A stretch of DNA of 64,000 nt, from the NCBI GenBank assembly GCA_903901225.1, contig CAIUQE010000031.1:28676-92675 (forward strand), in the 5' to 3' direction. Below the pieces are notes generated by a model. It was given only the letters and a program-made list of their open reading frames with translations. It was not told the DNA's origin and did no database searches. This document shows, piece by piece, positions 1 through 8,701 of this stretch (position 1 is the first letter of the stretch; every line of letters begins with the position of its first letter). Both the position numbers and the translations under genes were made by a program. The stretch comes from Candidatus Omnitrophota bacterium. GTDB lineage: Bacteria; Omnitrophota; Gorgyraeia; Zapsychrales; Fredricksoniimonadaceae.

Positions 1-2
1 AT

Positions 3-1619
3 ACCGGAAAGGCTTCTCTTGATCTCTTGTTAAAAGATCGATCTTCTTGCAGGAAATTGCTGGTCCAAATAAAAAACAGTGGCCCGAGTGATGCGTCTAT
101 GACGGAGGTTGGCGTTGATACGGGAGGAGATCTGGTCCCGGATGTGAGGCTGGACTTTGAGCAAAAACCGTTTCTTAATTTCCCTTTCTATCAGGATCGT
201 ATTACGAGATTACTTACAAAACTCAATTATATGATGCATGGTGAAGATTTGAGCACACAAGAGAAAATGTATCAGCGTCTGCTCGGCCGGGAGGATAATC
301 GCGACATACTCTATGAGTTGAGTTCTCTGTTGAGGGATAATTTCCCTTATATGCTAAGCCAGGCAGAAAATTTTTCAAATCTTGAGTTTGCTATCAAGAA
401 AGGAATTTACTATAAGATAGCGCCGCATGTCTATTTAACACCCGTTACAGGCTCATTTAAAAGACATTTAATATTTTGGGCCGATGATCAAGGTGTCATT
501 AAGTTTGCCGGAGAATTTATGATCCCTGGACAGAATCAGACGAGGAGATCGTTTAACGCTCTCGAGCGTAAAACCTTCGCGGAGCGTATCGGGGCTCCTT
601 TTGATTATCGCTATTCTGTAAGGGTATTGCATCAGAGATCTATTCGTTATGTTGGTCCTTTATATGATAGTTATTTCGCAGGACCTACAGATGTTCTGTT
701 TTATGACTACCCATTTGACGGCAAGAGGGTAGAAATGTTGACCAGATCTTGCCGGGAGGCCTGGGCCAGTAAAATGGGGATTACATTATTGGATTTTGAC
801 AGGGACCTTGTACGGCAATCAATGGAATGTTTTTGGGTATTGAAGGTTCTTGGGATTTATACCAATGAAAGTCATAGCGGCAATTTGAGGGCAGGTCTTG
901 TGAAGGATAGTGACGGGCGATACTCTTTGAAGGTTGTGTGGGTTGCTGATTTTCAAATAATGAGGACAAGTTTAGGAGAGCAGATTCTGGATTGCATAGC
1001 CATACCCATTTTGTTCCAAGAATCCCCCTTGTATTATGTGGGCACCTGGGGGCAATTATTCCTTCCAACATATCCTAGCAGGAGATTTGCCCATAAACCC
1101 GATTCAAGGGCATATCAGGGGTTCATGCCCGAATTGATAGAGAGCGGTATAATGCGCTCGGGTCGATTCGGTTGGAAACCTGCATATTACCTGGCAGATA
1201 AGATCAATGTAGAAGAGTTGAAAAAAATTACAGGAGACCTTTACTGGCGGGTGCAGGGAGAGCTGGCAATACAAACTTCGTTCGGATTAAGTCAGTTTAC
1301 TGTTCCCTGGAAAGAAATGATGCGTATGTATTTTGAGACCAAAAAGAAGGTAAAAGCTGTTTGGCAGTCGAAGAATGCTCGCCCATACAGTGATCCCTCT
1401 ATGTTGACACAAAAGCCCGTAGAAAATCATACTGGCGGTATCGACCTCAACGCGAGCCAGATCGACCTCAAGACCCAGAGTGCCGACGGTGGAACGATAT
1501 CGTTCAACATCGACCCGGCCATGCTGAGGCAGGTGGAAGAAGCGTCGGGCATGACGCCGGTCATTGTTGGCATTCGATCCCTCGATAGCCTTCAGCAGTT
1601 TATGGGGATCGTTCAGTAG
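3..1619 (+). CDS. 3' part of a large modular protein (5'-truncated by window edge): kinase-like domain plus C-terminal GGIDL module
   Basis: Frame is open from position 3, so the listed TTG at 27 is probably not the start. Contains SDASM and SDPSM linkers, a GIYTNESHSGN..VADF kinase-like segment and the terminal TGGIDLN...IDPAML...GMTPVIVGI. Confidence 0.7.
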   Translation, partial: TGKASLDLLLKDRSSCRKLLVQIKNSGPSDASMTEVGVDTGGDLVPDVRLDFEQKPFLNFPFYQDRITRLLTKLNYMMHGEDLSTQEKMYQRLLGREDNRDILYELSSLLRDNFPYMLSQAENFSNLEFAIKKGIYYKIAPHVYLTPVTGSFKRHLIFWADDQGVIKFAGEFMIPGQNQTRRSFNALERKTFAERIGAPFDYRYSVRVLHQRSIRYVGPLYDSYFAGPTDVLFYDYPFDGKRVEMLTRSCREAWASKMGITLLDFDRDLVRQSMECFWVLKVLGIYTNESHSGNLRAGLVKDSDGRYSLKVVWVADFQIMRTSLGEQILDCIAIPILFQESPLYYVGTWGQLFLPTYPSRRFAHKPDSRAYQGFMPELIESGIMRSGRFGWKPAYYLADKINVEELKKITGDLYWRVQGELAIQTSFGLSQFTVPWKEMMRMYFETKKKVKAVWQSKNARPYSDPSMLTQKPVENHTGGIDLNASQIDLKTQSADGGTISFNIDPAMLRQVEEASGMTPVIVGIRSLDSLQQFMGIVQ

Positions 1620-1657
1620 TGTGTTTTTCCTGGACTTTAAAGAGAATCCAAGAGAAT

Positions 1658-1686
1658 TTGACGCGCGCGGGCTTCGATGCTAGAAT
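1658..1686 (+). promoter_or_regulatory. sigma70-type promoter of tRNA-Pro
   Basis: TTGACG (1658-1663), 17-bp spacer, extended -10 TGcTAGAAT (1678-1686). Confidence 0.75.
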
Positions 1687-1710
1687 GGCGAATTCTTGAA
1701 GCGTATTTGA

Positions 1711-1784
1711 CGGGAGATAGCGCAGGTGGCTAGCGCGCAACGTTCGGGACGTTGAGGTCGGGGGTTCAAATCCCCCTCTCCCGA
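1711..1784 (+). tRNA. tRNA-Pro (anticodon CGG), CCA not encoded
   Basis: Acceptor stem CGGGAGA/TCTCCCG, anticodon arm CAACG-TTCGGGA-CGTTG, T-arm GGGGG-TTCAAAT-CCCCC, discriminator A. Confidence 0.95.
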
Positions 1785-1814
1785 TAAATTTCCAGGGATT
1801 CCTGGAAATTTACC

Positions 1815-1937
1815 CCTACAGCCGCGAGATGGCCCAACAGGCCATCCGGGCTGTAGGGGTAAATCAGATTTTCCTGTTGTAAGTTTTCCTACAGCCGCGA
1901 GATGGCCCAACAGGCCATCCGGGCTGCAGGGGTAAAT
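1815..1937. repeat. Two 50-bp palindromic direct repeats (REP-like), 1815-1864 and 1888-1937
   Basis: CCTACAGCCGCGAGATGGCCCAACAGGCCATCCGGGCTG(T/C)AGGGGTAAAT, 1 mismatch, 23-bp spacer; each copy folds into a hairpin. Confidence 0.9.
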
Positions 1938-1970
1938 GTTCATCCTGCCAGACAGGTGCCGTGGTAACGT

Positions 1971-2264
1971 ATGAGCGACCATGCCGCAGATCCAAATCAA
2001 AAAGTTTCTTTTCATGTGATGTTCTCCGGTGAAGTCCAGGGGGTAGGTTTTCGTTTCACGGCGGTGCGCCTGGCGACGGCACTTGGCCTGGCCGGATGGG
2101 TCAGGAATCTCTCCGATGGCCGCGTGGAACTTTCTGCCGAAGGGGCGCGCGCGGTGTGCCGGGAACTGGTTGAACGGCTCAAGCGGCAATTTATGGTTGA
2201 TGACGTCGTTGTCAGTGAGGGCCCGGCATCAGGCGTTCTAACGTCGTTCGATGTGAAATACTAA
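1971..2264 (+). CDS. acyP: acylphosphatase
   Basis: GEVQGVGFR and GWVRN..DG.VE motifs, 97 aa. Confidence 0.92.
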   Translation: MSDHAADPNQKVSFHVMFSGEVQGVGFRFTAVRLATALGLAGWVRNLSDGRVELSAEGARAVCRELVERLKRQFMVDDVVVSEGPASGVLTSFDVKY

Positions 2265-2268
2265 AGCT

Positions 2269-4266
2269 ATGGACAGACAAACCGCACGTGCAAAGATCAA
2301 GCAGCTGAGCGAGGCAATCACGCGCCACGACCATGCTTATTATGTGATGGATGATCCGGTCGTTTCCGACAGTGAATACGATGCCTTGATGAAAACCCTG
2401 GCCGGGCTTGAGGCTGAATTTCCGGAATATGTGGCCCTTGATTCGCCGACGCAGCGGGTGGGGGCCGGGGTGGCGTCGGGCGTCAGGACTTTCACCCACG
2501 CGGTGAAAATGTTGTCGCTGGACAATACGTATTCTGCCGATGAGCTGCGCGCCTGGTTTGCCAGGGTCTACAAGATCCTGGGCCGGGACGATGTCGAGTT
2601 CATCGTTGAATTGAAGATAGACGGCGTCAGTGCCGCGCTGGTGTATGAGGCGGGGATGTTTGCCGTTGGCGCCACGCGCGGGGACGGGGCGACGGGAGAG
2701 GACGTGACGCACAATATCCGCGCCATGCGTTCCGTGCCGCTCCGTTTGCGCGCCGCGGGGCCAAAGCTTGTTGAGATACGCGGCGAGGTCTATATTGACA
2801 AGGCTGATTTTGACACGGTCAACGCGCGCCGCCGGGAGGCGGGTGAAGACGCCTTCATCAACGCGCGCAATGCCGCGAGCGGGTCTTTGAAATTGCTGGA
2901 TCCCGCCGCATCAGCCGGGAGGCGCCTGCGATTTTTTGTGCATTCATTTGGACGGATGGAGGGCGGGCGTTCCCTGCGGTCACAGTCTGATTTCCTGTCG
3001 TTGGCCCGTACCTGGGGTTTCGCGGTCAATCCTCATACGCGCCTGTGCCGCGGCGCTGATGACACGCTCAAGGCCTGCGCTGCTTTTGAGGCCATGCGCG
3101 ATGAGCTGCCTTATGATGTGGACGGTGTTGTCATCAAGGTGAACCATTTCGACGACCAGCTGGTCCTGGGCGAGACGATGAAAAGCCCGCGCTGGGCGGT
3201 CGCTTTCAAGTTCGCCGCGTACCAGGCGACGACGTTGGTGCGCGCGATCGTTGTCCAGGTGGGGCGGACCGGTGTCCTGACGCCCGTGGCGGAACTCGAA
3301 CCTGTGTTTTGCGGCGGCGTGACGATCAGCCGCGCCACACTCCATAATTTCGATGAAATTGCCCGCCTCGGGGTTGCTCCGGGTGACAGGGTCCTTATCG
3401 AGCGGGCGGGCGATGTCATCCCGAAGGTCGTTAAAGTTGTTGAAAAGAGCCTTGAACGCGTTACGCTGAAGAAAGTCCCGGCGGATTGTCCCGCGTGCCG
3501 GGAAGAATTTGTCATCGAGGATGAGGGTGGCGTGGCGCGCCGTTGCATCAATCCTTCCTGCCCCAAGCAGCTGGAGCGGCGCATCCTGCATTTCGCTGCG
3601 CGCGACGCGATGGATATCGAGGGCATGGGGGAAGCCTTTGTCCAACAGCTTCTGGAAAAAAGCCTCGTGCATAATGTGGCGGACGTTTATACTTTGAAGA
3701 AAGAAGACCTGCTGGCGCTTGAGCTTTTCGGAGAAAAGAAAGCGGACAATATCCTGGCCGCGGTCCTGAAAAGCAAGCACCAGCCGCTGAGCCGCTTGAT
3801 CTTTGGTTTGGGCATTCCCCATATAGGTTCCCGGGCGTCGCAGCTTCTGGCGCGGCGGTTCACGGATATGGACGCCCTGGCGCGCGCCGGTGAGGATGAG
3901 CTGAAAGCTGTCGAGGACATGGGTGAGGTGATGGCGCGCTCTGTCAGGGATTATTTCGCGAAGGACGTGACGCACCAGCTTGTCGGGCAGTTGAGGGCCG
4001 CCGGTGTTAACATGGCCGAGCCGCAGGTGCCGTCGACCGGAAAGTTGGCCGGAAAAGTTTTTGTGTTTACGGGAGAGATGGTCCGTTATGCCCGCTCCGA
4101 GGCGGGGGCCAGGGTTAAGGTCCTCGGGGCGGATGTGGGCGCGGCGGTGACAAAGGCCACGGATTTTGTCGTGGCCGGGGACCGCGCGGGGTCCAAACTG
4201 GAAAAGGCCCGCAAACTGGGCGTGAAGGTCATCAATGAACAGGAATTTGAGGAGCTGATCTCATGA
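2269..4266 (+). CDS. ligA: NAD-dependent DNA ligase
   Basis: ELKIDG adenylation motif, TRGDG, SPRWAVAFKF, Cys4 zinc finger, C-terminal BRCT. Confidence 0.97.
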   Translation: MDRQTARAKIKQLSEAITRHDHAYYVMDDPVVSDSEYDALMKTLAGLEAEFPEYVALDSPTQRVGAGVASGVRTFTHAVKMLSLDNTYSADELRAWFARVYKILGRDDVEFIVELKIDGVSAALVYEAGMFAVGATRGDGATGEDVTHNIRAMRSVPLRLRAAGPKLVEIRGEVYIDKADFDTVNARRREAGEDAFINARNAASGSLKLLDPAASAGRRLRFFVHSFGRMEGGRSLRSQSDFLSLARTWGFAVNPHTRLCRGADDTLKACAAFEAMRDELPYDVDGVVIKVNHFDDQLVLGETMKSPRWAVAFKFAAYQATTLVRAIVVQVGRTGVLTPVAELEPVFCGGVTISRATLHNFDEIARLGVAPGDRVLIERAGDVIPKVVKVVEKSLERVTLKKVPADCPACREEFVIEDEGGVARRCINPSCPKQLERRILHFAARDAMDIEGMGEAFVQQLLEKSLVHNVADVYTLKKEDLLALELFGEKKADNILAAVLKSKHQPLSRLIFGLGIPHIGSRASQLLARRFTDMDALARAGEDELKAVEDMGEVMARSVRDYFAKDVTHQLVGQLRAAGVNMAEPQVPSTGKLAGKVFVFTGEMVRYARSEAGARVKVLGADVGAAVTKATDFVVAGDRAGSKLEKARKLGVKVINEQEFEELIS

Positions 4267-4793
4267 CAATGCTGATGGCGTCGAGAAAATTTATGCTGGT
4301 CGTTATGGCGGTTTCTTTGTGCGTATTATCCGTGTCCGGTTGTTCTTCCCTGCGCAAGAAGTTCACCCGTACGCCCAAAGGCGCGAAGACGGAAGATGTG
4401 TTCATTCCTGTCCTTGAGCCGGTGGAATACAAAAAGACCGAAGAAACACCGCAACAGATCTATCAGATCCATTATTCAACGCTCCAGGCTTATTTCAAGG
4501 ATCTTTGGGATGCGCTGGGCAAGTCCAGCGGCGGTGAAAAGAGGGAAAAATATATTTTGACGGAGATGTTGTCGCATTTTGATTTCATGGCCGGCCAACT
4601 TTCACAGGTCAAGAAAGCTGAGCTTGACGCTGTGCGCGCGCATATCATCAAAGTCCTGAAAGAATATGACAAGCCGCAGGGCATGCGCCGTTATGACCGG
4701 ATGAGCTCGGACATGCGCGCTGTCGAGAGGGAGATCAACAGGGAGTTCAAACCCGGAATTGTTGCCAGCGCGCTCGTGGTGGCGGGGAAGTGA
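4263..4793 (+). CDS. hypothetical lipoprotein
   Basis: Hydrophobic N-terminus with lipobox VSGC; overlaps the ligA stop and the xerD start (ATGA/GTGA). Confidence 0.7.
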   Translation: MTMLMASRKFMLVVMAVSLCVLSVSGCSSLRKKFTRTPKGAKTEDVFIPVLEPVEYKKTEETPQQIYQIHYSTLQAYFKDLWDALGKSSGGEKREKYILTEMLSHFDFMAGQLSQVKKAELDAVRAHIIKVLKEYDKPQGMRRYDRMSSDMRAVEREINREFKPGIVASALVVAGK

Positions 4794-5680
4794 AAGCCCT
4801 GATCGCGGAATTCCTCAACTATCTTTCTGTTGAGCGGGGCCTCGCGAAGAATACCCTGATGGCCTATGGGCGCGACCTGAAAGTTTATTGCGGATATCTG
4901 GAAAAAACGGCCGGGATCACAACACCGGATGCCATCAGGCATCAGGATATCAGCGCGTACATGATGGCCCGCAAGAAGGCCGGTATCGAGGCCGTGTCGA
5001 TCTCCCGCGGCCTGGCCGCGGTAAGGATGTTCCACAGGTTCCTCGTCCGCGAGTCGTTCGCCAAAGAGGATCCGACGGGACTCGTGGATACGCCCAAGCT
5101 GTGGCAGCGCATCCCCGATGTCCTGACCCAGGCCGAGGTTGAGGCCATGATCAACGCGGCGTCCGGGAATGACGCCCAGAGCGTCCGCGACCGCGCCATG
5201 CTGGAACTTTTTTACGCGTCAGGGCTGCGCGTGTCCGAGCTGGTGGCGTTGCGGCTGGAAGATGTCAATCTTGAGGGCGGCACGGTCATTTGCATGGGCA
5301 AAGGCAGCAAGGAGCGCATCATTCCCGTCGGCGGGAAGGCGCGTGAAACGCTCGAAAAATACCTGGCCAAAGCACGGCTCAAGATCCTTAACGGGCGCAG
5401 GGAACCGGCCATTTTTATCAGCCGCCTCGGCAAGTCCTTGTCGCGCCAGAGCGCCTGGAAGATCATCAAGTTTTATGCCCGTAAAGCGGGGGTCAAGAAA
5501 AATATCATGCCGCATACGTTAAGGCATACGTTCGCCACGCATCTTCTGGAACATGGCGCTGATCTGCGCAGTGTCCAGGAAATGCTGGGGCATTCCGATA
5601 TTTCAACGACGCAGATCTACACGCATGTGGACAAGGGCCGCCTGCGCGCGATCCATCAAAAATTTCATCCGAGAGGTTGA
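4790..5680 (+). CDS. xerD: site-specific tyrosine recombinase XerD
   Basis: VERGLAKNT..AY N-terminus, GLRVSEL, GKGSKERIIP, HTLRHTFATHLL, LGHSDISTTQIYTHV, HPR end. Confidence 0.93.
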   Translation: MKALIAEFLNYLSVERGLAKNTLMAYGRDLKVYCGYLEKTAGITTPDAIRHQDISAYMMARKKAGIEAVSISRGLAAVRMFHRFLVRESFAKEDPTGLVDTPKLWQRIPDVLTQAEVEAMINAASGNDAQSVRDRAMLELFYASGLRVSELVALRLEDVNLEGGTVICMGKGSKERIIPVGGKARETLEKYLAKARLKILNGRREPAIFISRLGKSLSRQSAWKIIKFYARKAGVKKNIMPHTLRHTFATHLLEHGADLRSVQEMLGHSDISTTQIYTHVDKGRLRAIHQKFHPRG

Positions 5681-5681
5681 A

Positions 5682-6569
5682 TTGAAACGGCTTAACTTTT
5701 CATTATATCCTGAGAGTATCCGCCGGATCTTGCGGGAGGCTGGCGCTGAAGCCGACGCGGCGGGTGTGCGCGCTTATCTGGTCGGCGGGGCGGTGCGCGA
5801 CCTTATTTTGGGGGCCGTCAGCACGGATATCGACGTGGTGGTAGAGGGTGACGGGATTGCTTTCGCCCGCAGGCTGGAGGCGGTATGGAAAGCCAAAGCC
5901 CTCTTTCATGAGAAATTCAGGACCGCGGCGCTTACGTTGAAGGAGGGGATGGTGGTGGATGTGGTCACCGCGCGCCGCGAGACGTACGCGCGTAGCGGCG
6001 CCTTGCCGGATGTTGTGCCCGCGACTCTGAAAGAGGACCTCGCGCGCCGGGATTTTACGATCAATGCCATGGCGCTCGCGCTCAATACCCCGGAGGCGGG
6101 GAAATTACGCGATGATCTCGGGGGGGCCAGGGACCTTGACGCGAAGCTTATCCGCATCATGCATGAGAAAAGTTTTACGGATGACCCTACGCGCATCCTG
6201 CGCGCCGCGCGTTACGCGGTGCGTTTCGGGTTCCAGTTCGAGGCCCTGACGCAGGATTGCCTTGACCAGGCCGTGATCGCGGATGTTTTCAAGACGATAA
6301 CTCCGGCAAGGTATTTCCTTGAACTGCGCCGCATCCTTGAAGAAAAGGACCCTGTGCCCGCGATGGACCTTCTGGCGTCGTGGGGCGCGGTGCGTTATGT
6401 CCCGTATGAGGCCGAAGATCGCGCCAGGCTTGCGGCTTCGGCCGGGGACTGGACGGACCGCCTGGGAGGCCTTCTTGATAAGACACCGGTTGATGCGGCC
6501 CGCGAGATCCTGACGGCATTCAATGTATCCCGTTCCGCGCAGAAAAAGATCGTTCAAAAGAACACATAG
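5682..6569 (+). CDS. class II tRNA nucleotidyltransferase (CCA/A-adding family), compact
   Basis: VGGAVRD, DIDVV, EDLARRDFTINAMA, DDPTRILRAARY; TTG start after GAGAGG. Confidence 0.85.
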   Translation: MKRLNFSLYPESIRRILREAGAEADAAGVRAYLVGGAVRDLILGAVSTDIDVVVEGDGIAFARRLEAVWKAKALFHEKFRTAALTLKEGMVVDVVTARRETYARSGALPDVVPATLKEDLARRDFTINAMALALNTPEAGKLRDDLGGARDLDAKLIRIMHEKSFTDDPTRILRAARYAVRFGFQFEALTQDCLDQAVIADVFKTITPARYFLELRRILEEKDPVPAMDLLASWGAVRYVPYEAEDRARLAASAGDWTDRLGGLLDKTPVDAAREILTAFNVSRSAQKKIVQKNT

Positions 6570-6572
6570 CCT

Positions 6573-6600
6573 TTGCAAGAGCGGGTTGTTCTGATATGCT
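6573..6600 (+). promoter_or_regulatory. putative promoter of rbfA-nrnA-truB-ribF
   Basis: TTGCAA, 16-bp spacer, TGaTATGCT. Confidence 0.5.
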
Positions 6601-6645
6601 TGGGTGCGCCTTTGCTGTGCCGAAGGTGCCTAAAAGGGGTGGACC

Positions 6646-7056
6646 ATGGACCGGATGGACAAGATCAACCAATTTTTCAAGCGTGAGATCAGCAGCATGC
6701 TGCTGCTCGGCGAGATCAGGGACCCGCGCGTCAAATCCGTCACCATTACCTATGTGGATGTCAGCAAGGATCTCAGCTGGGCGCATGTCGGTTTCAGCAT
6801 CCTCTCGGATGACCCAAAAGATATCAGGGATGTCCAGGCCGGGCTTGACTCGGCTCGCGGCGCCGTGCGCCGGCTTTTGGGCCAGCGGGTAACGCTGCGC
6901 CATGTTCCCGAGGTCAAGTTCGTTCACGACAATACCATTGCCCAGAGCGTGCACATGGCTAAAATGTTCGATGATCTTCAGCGGGAGCGTGTTGCGCGCG
7001 ATGGTGTTGAGCCAGGCGAGGCCGGGAGCGACGGGACAGAGGAGGCGGCGGCATGA
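6646..7056 (+). CDS. rbfA: 30S ribosome-binding factor A
   Basis: IRDPRV..VTIT.VDVSKDL, LRHVPEVKFVHD. Confidence 0.92.
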   Translation: MDRMDKINQFFKREISSMLLLGEIRDPRVKSVTITYVDVSKDLSWAHVGFSILSDDPKDIRDVQAGLDSARGAVRRLLGQRVTLRHVPEVKFVHDNTIAQSVHMAKMFDDLQRERVARDGVEPGEAGSDGTEEAAA

Positions 7057-8033
7057 TAGAACGCGCGATCGTCCGTCTTATCAAGAAACACACGACGTTT
7101 TTGGTGACCATGCACGTCAACCCCGACCCTGACGCGCTGGGTGCGGCTTTGGCCATGGCCCTGTTCCTGCGCGCGTCGGGGAAAAAGGTAAAGGTCGTTA
7201 ACGACGGGATATGCCCGGAATGGCTCAAGTTCATGCCGCAAAGCCGGCTTTACGAGGTCTTTGACGAAGCCATGAAGTTTGCTCCTGATGTCGTTATCGT
7301 GATGGACAGTGGCGATATCAAGCGCATCGGACGTGTCGCCCGGTTCATCCGCCCCGGGGTCACGGTCGTCAACATCGACCACCATGTCACCAACAATAAT
7401 TTCGGCGACCATAATCTTGTGCGGACGGAGCTTTCCTCAACGTCCGAGAATCTTTATCTACTCCTCAAGGCTGCCGGGGCCAGGTTCACGCGGGACATCG
7501 CCACCCTGCTGTATCTTGGCATCCTGACGGACACCGGTTCTTTTGGTTTTGATTGCACCAGTTCCCACACGCACCAGGTCATCGCCGAGCTTTTGAAATT
7601 CAAGCTCCCGGTGAGCGACCTGTACCGGCAGGTGTACGAGACCATGCCGGAAAAAGACCTCAAGATATTCCTGTCGCTCATCAATACGCTCAGCCTTCAC
7701 CACGGGGGGCAGGTCGCGTGCCTGACGCTGACCAAAAGGCAGGCGGCACGGTTTTCGGATGAGTTCGACCTCAAGGACAAGGTTTTCACCTTCCTGCGCG
7801 CCGTCAAGGGGATCGAGGTCATCATGATCCTCACGCAGCAGGACGCTAAGAAAACGCGCCTGAACCTGCGCAGTCGCGGTATGGTGGATGTGGCGCGTTT
7901 TGTCCTGCCGTTCAACGGCGGCGGGCACAAGAAGGCGAGCGGAGGTTTTGTGGAGTTGCCGTTGTTCCGGTCCAAGGCGCTTATTCTGGAAAAACTCGGG
8001 AAAATCCTGCCCCGTCGGGGCAAGGGGGCATGA
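7053..8033 (+). CDS. nrnA: DHH/DHHA1 oligoribonuclease/pAp phosphatase
   Basis: HVNPDPDALG, NIDHH, TDTGSF, GGGHKKASG; conserved rbfA-nrnA-truB order. Confidence 0.9.
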   Translation: MIERAIVRLIKKHTTFLVTMHVNPDPDALGAALAMALFLRASGKKVKVVNDGICPEWLKFMPQSRLYEVFDEAMKFAPDVVIVMDSGDIKRIGRVARFIRPGVTVVNIDHHVTNNNFGDHNLVRTELSSTSENLYLLLKAAGARFTRDIATLLYLGILTDTGSFGFDCTSSHTHQVIAELLKFKLPVSDLYRQVYETMPEKDLKIFLSLINTLSLHHGGQVACLTLTKRQAARFSDEFDLKDKVFTFLRAVKGIEVIMILTQQDAKKTRLNLRSRGMVDVARFVLPFNGGGHKKASGGFVELPLFRSKALILEKLGKILPRRGKGA

Positions 8034-8701
8034 TGGATGGCATTATCGTTGTTGACAAGCCTTCGGGGATGACCTCGCACGATGTCGTGGCGATCGTGCG
8101 CCGCAGCCTCAGGTTCAAGCGCGTCGGGCATGCCGGCACCCTCGATCCTCTGGCCACGGGCGTCCTGGTGATCCTCGTCGGAAAGTCAACCCAGCTTTTT
8201 AACAAGTTCGTCGCCTTCGACAAGGCTTATGACGCCACGCTGAAGCTTGGCGTGAAGACCCACAGCGCCGACATCCAGGGTGATGTGCTTCAGGAGCGGC
8301 CTTTTGACGGTGTCACGCGCGCCATGGTGGAAGCCTCTTTCAGGAAATTCACCGGCGTGATCGACCAGGTCCCGCCCATGGTCTCGGCCGTCAAGCACAA
8401 GGGCGAACGGCTGTACAAGCTCGCGCGCAAGGGGGTGGCGGTCGAGCGCGCCCCGCGGCAGATAAGGATCGATTCACTGCAGCTTTTGGAATTCGCCCCG
8501 CCTCTGGTAAAATTCAGCCTGGCGTGTTCGAAGGGGACGTATGTTCGTCAGGTGGCCGATGATGTGGGCGAGGATCTGGGGTGCGGCGCGTGCATTACCG
8601 AGATCCGCCGCACGCTGGTTGGCCCTTTTACGATCAAGGAAGCAGTCAGGCTTGATGATGTCAATGCGACGCATATTCACCACTGGAACCCTGGCGCATA
8701 A
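8030..8701 (+). CDS. truB: tRNA pseudouridine(55) synthase (short; no PUA domain evident)
   Basis: DKPSGMTSHDVV, GHAGTLDPLATGVL, SKGTYVR. Confidence 0.95.
   Translation: MMDGIIVVDKPSGMTSHDVVAIVRRSLRFKRVGHAGTLDPLATGVLVILVGKSTQLFNKFVAFDKAYDATLKLGVKTHSADIQGDVLQERPFDGVTRAMVEASFRKFTGVIDQVPPMVSAVKHKGERLYKLARKGVAVERAPRQIRIDSLQLLEFAPPLVKFSLACSKGTYVRQVADDVGEDLGCGACITEIRRTLVGPFTIKEAVRLDDVNATHIHHWNPGA

Noticed and set aside
1431-1619. GGIDL tail as the substrate signal of the exosortase in this window
   Set aside because: It lacks the transmembrane helix and basic cluster required of exosortase sorting signals.
1815-1937. CRISPR array
   Set aside because: There are only two units, the repeat (50 bp) is longer than the spacer (23 bp), and no cas genes are present.
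4790-5680. Prophage/ICE integrase near the tRNA
   Set aside because: The sequence has housekeeping XerD signatures, sits in a core operon, and no duplicated tRNA 3' end (att) was seen.
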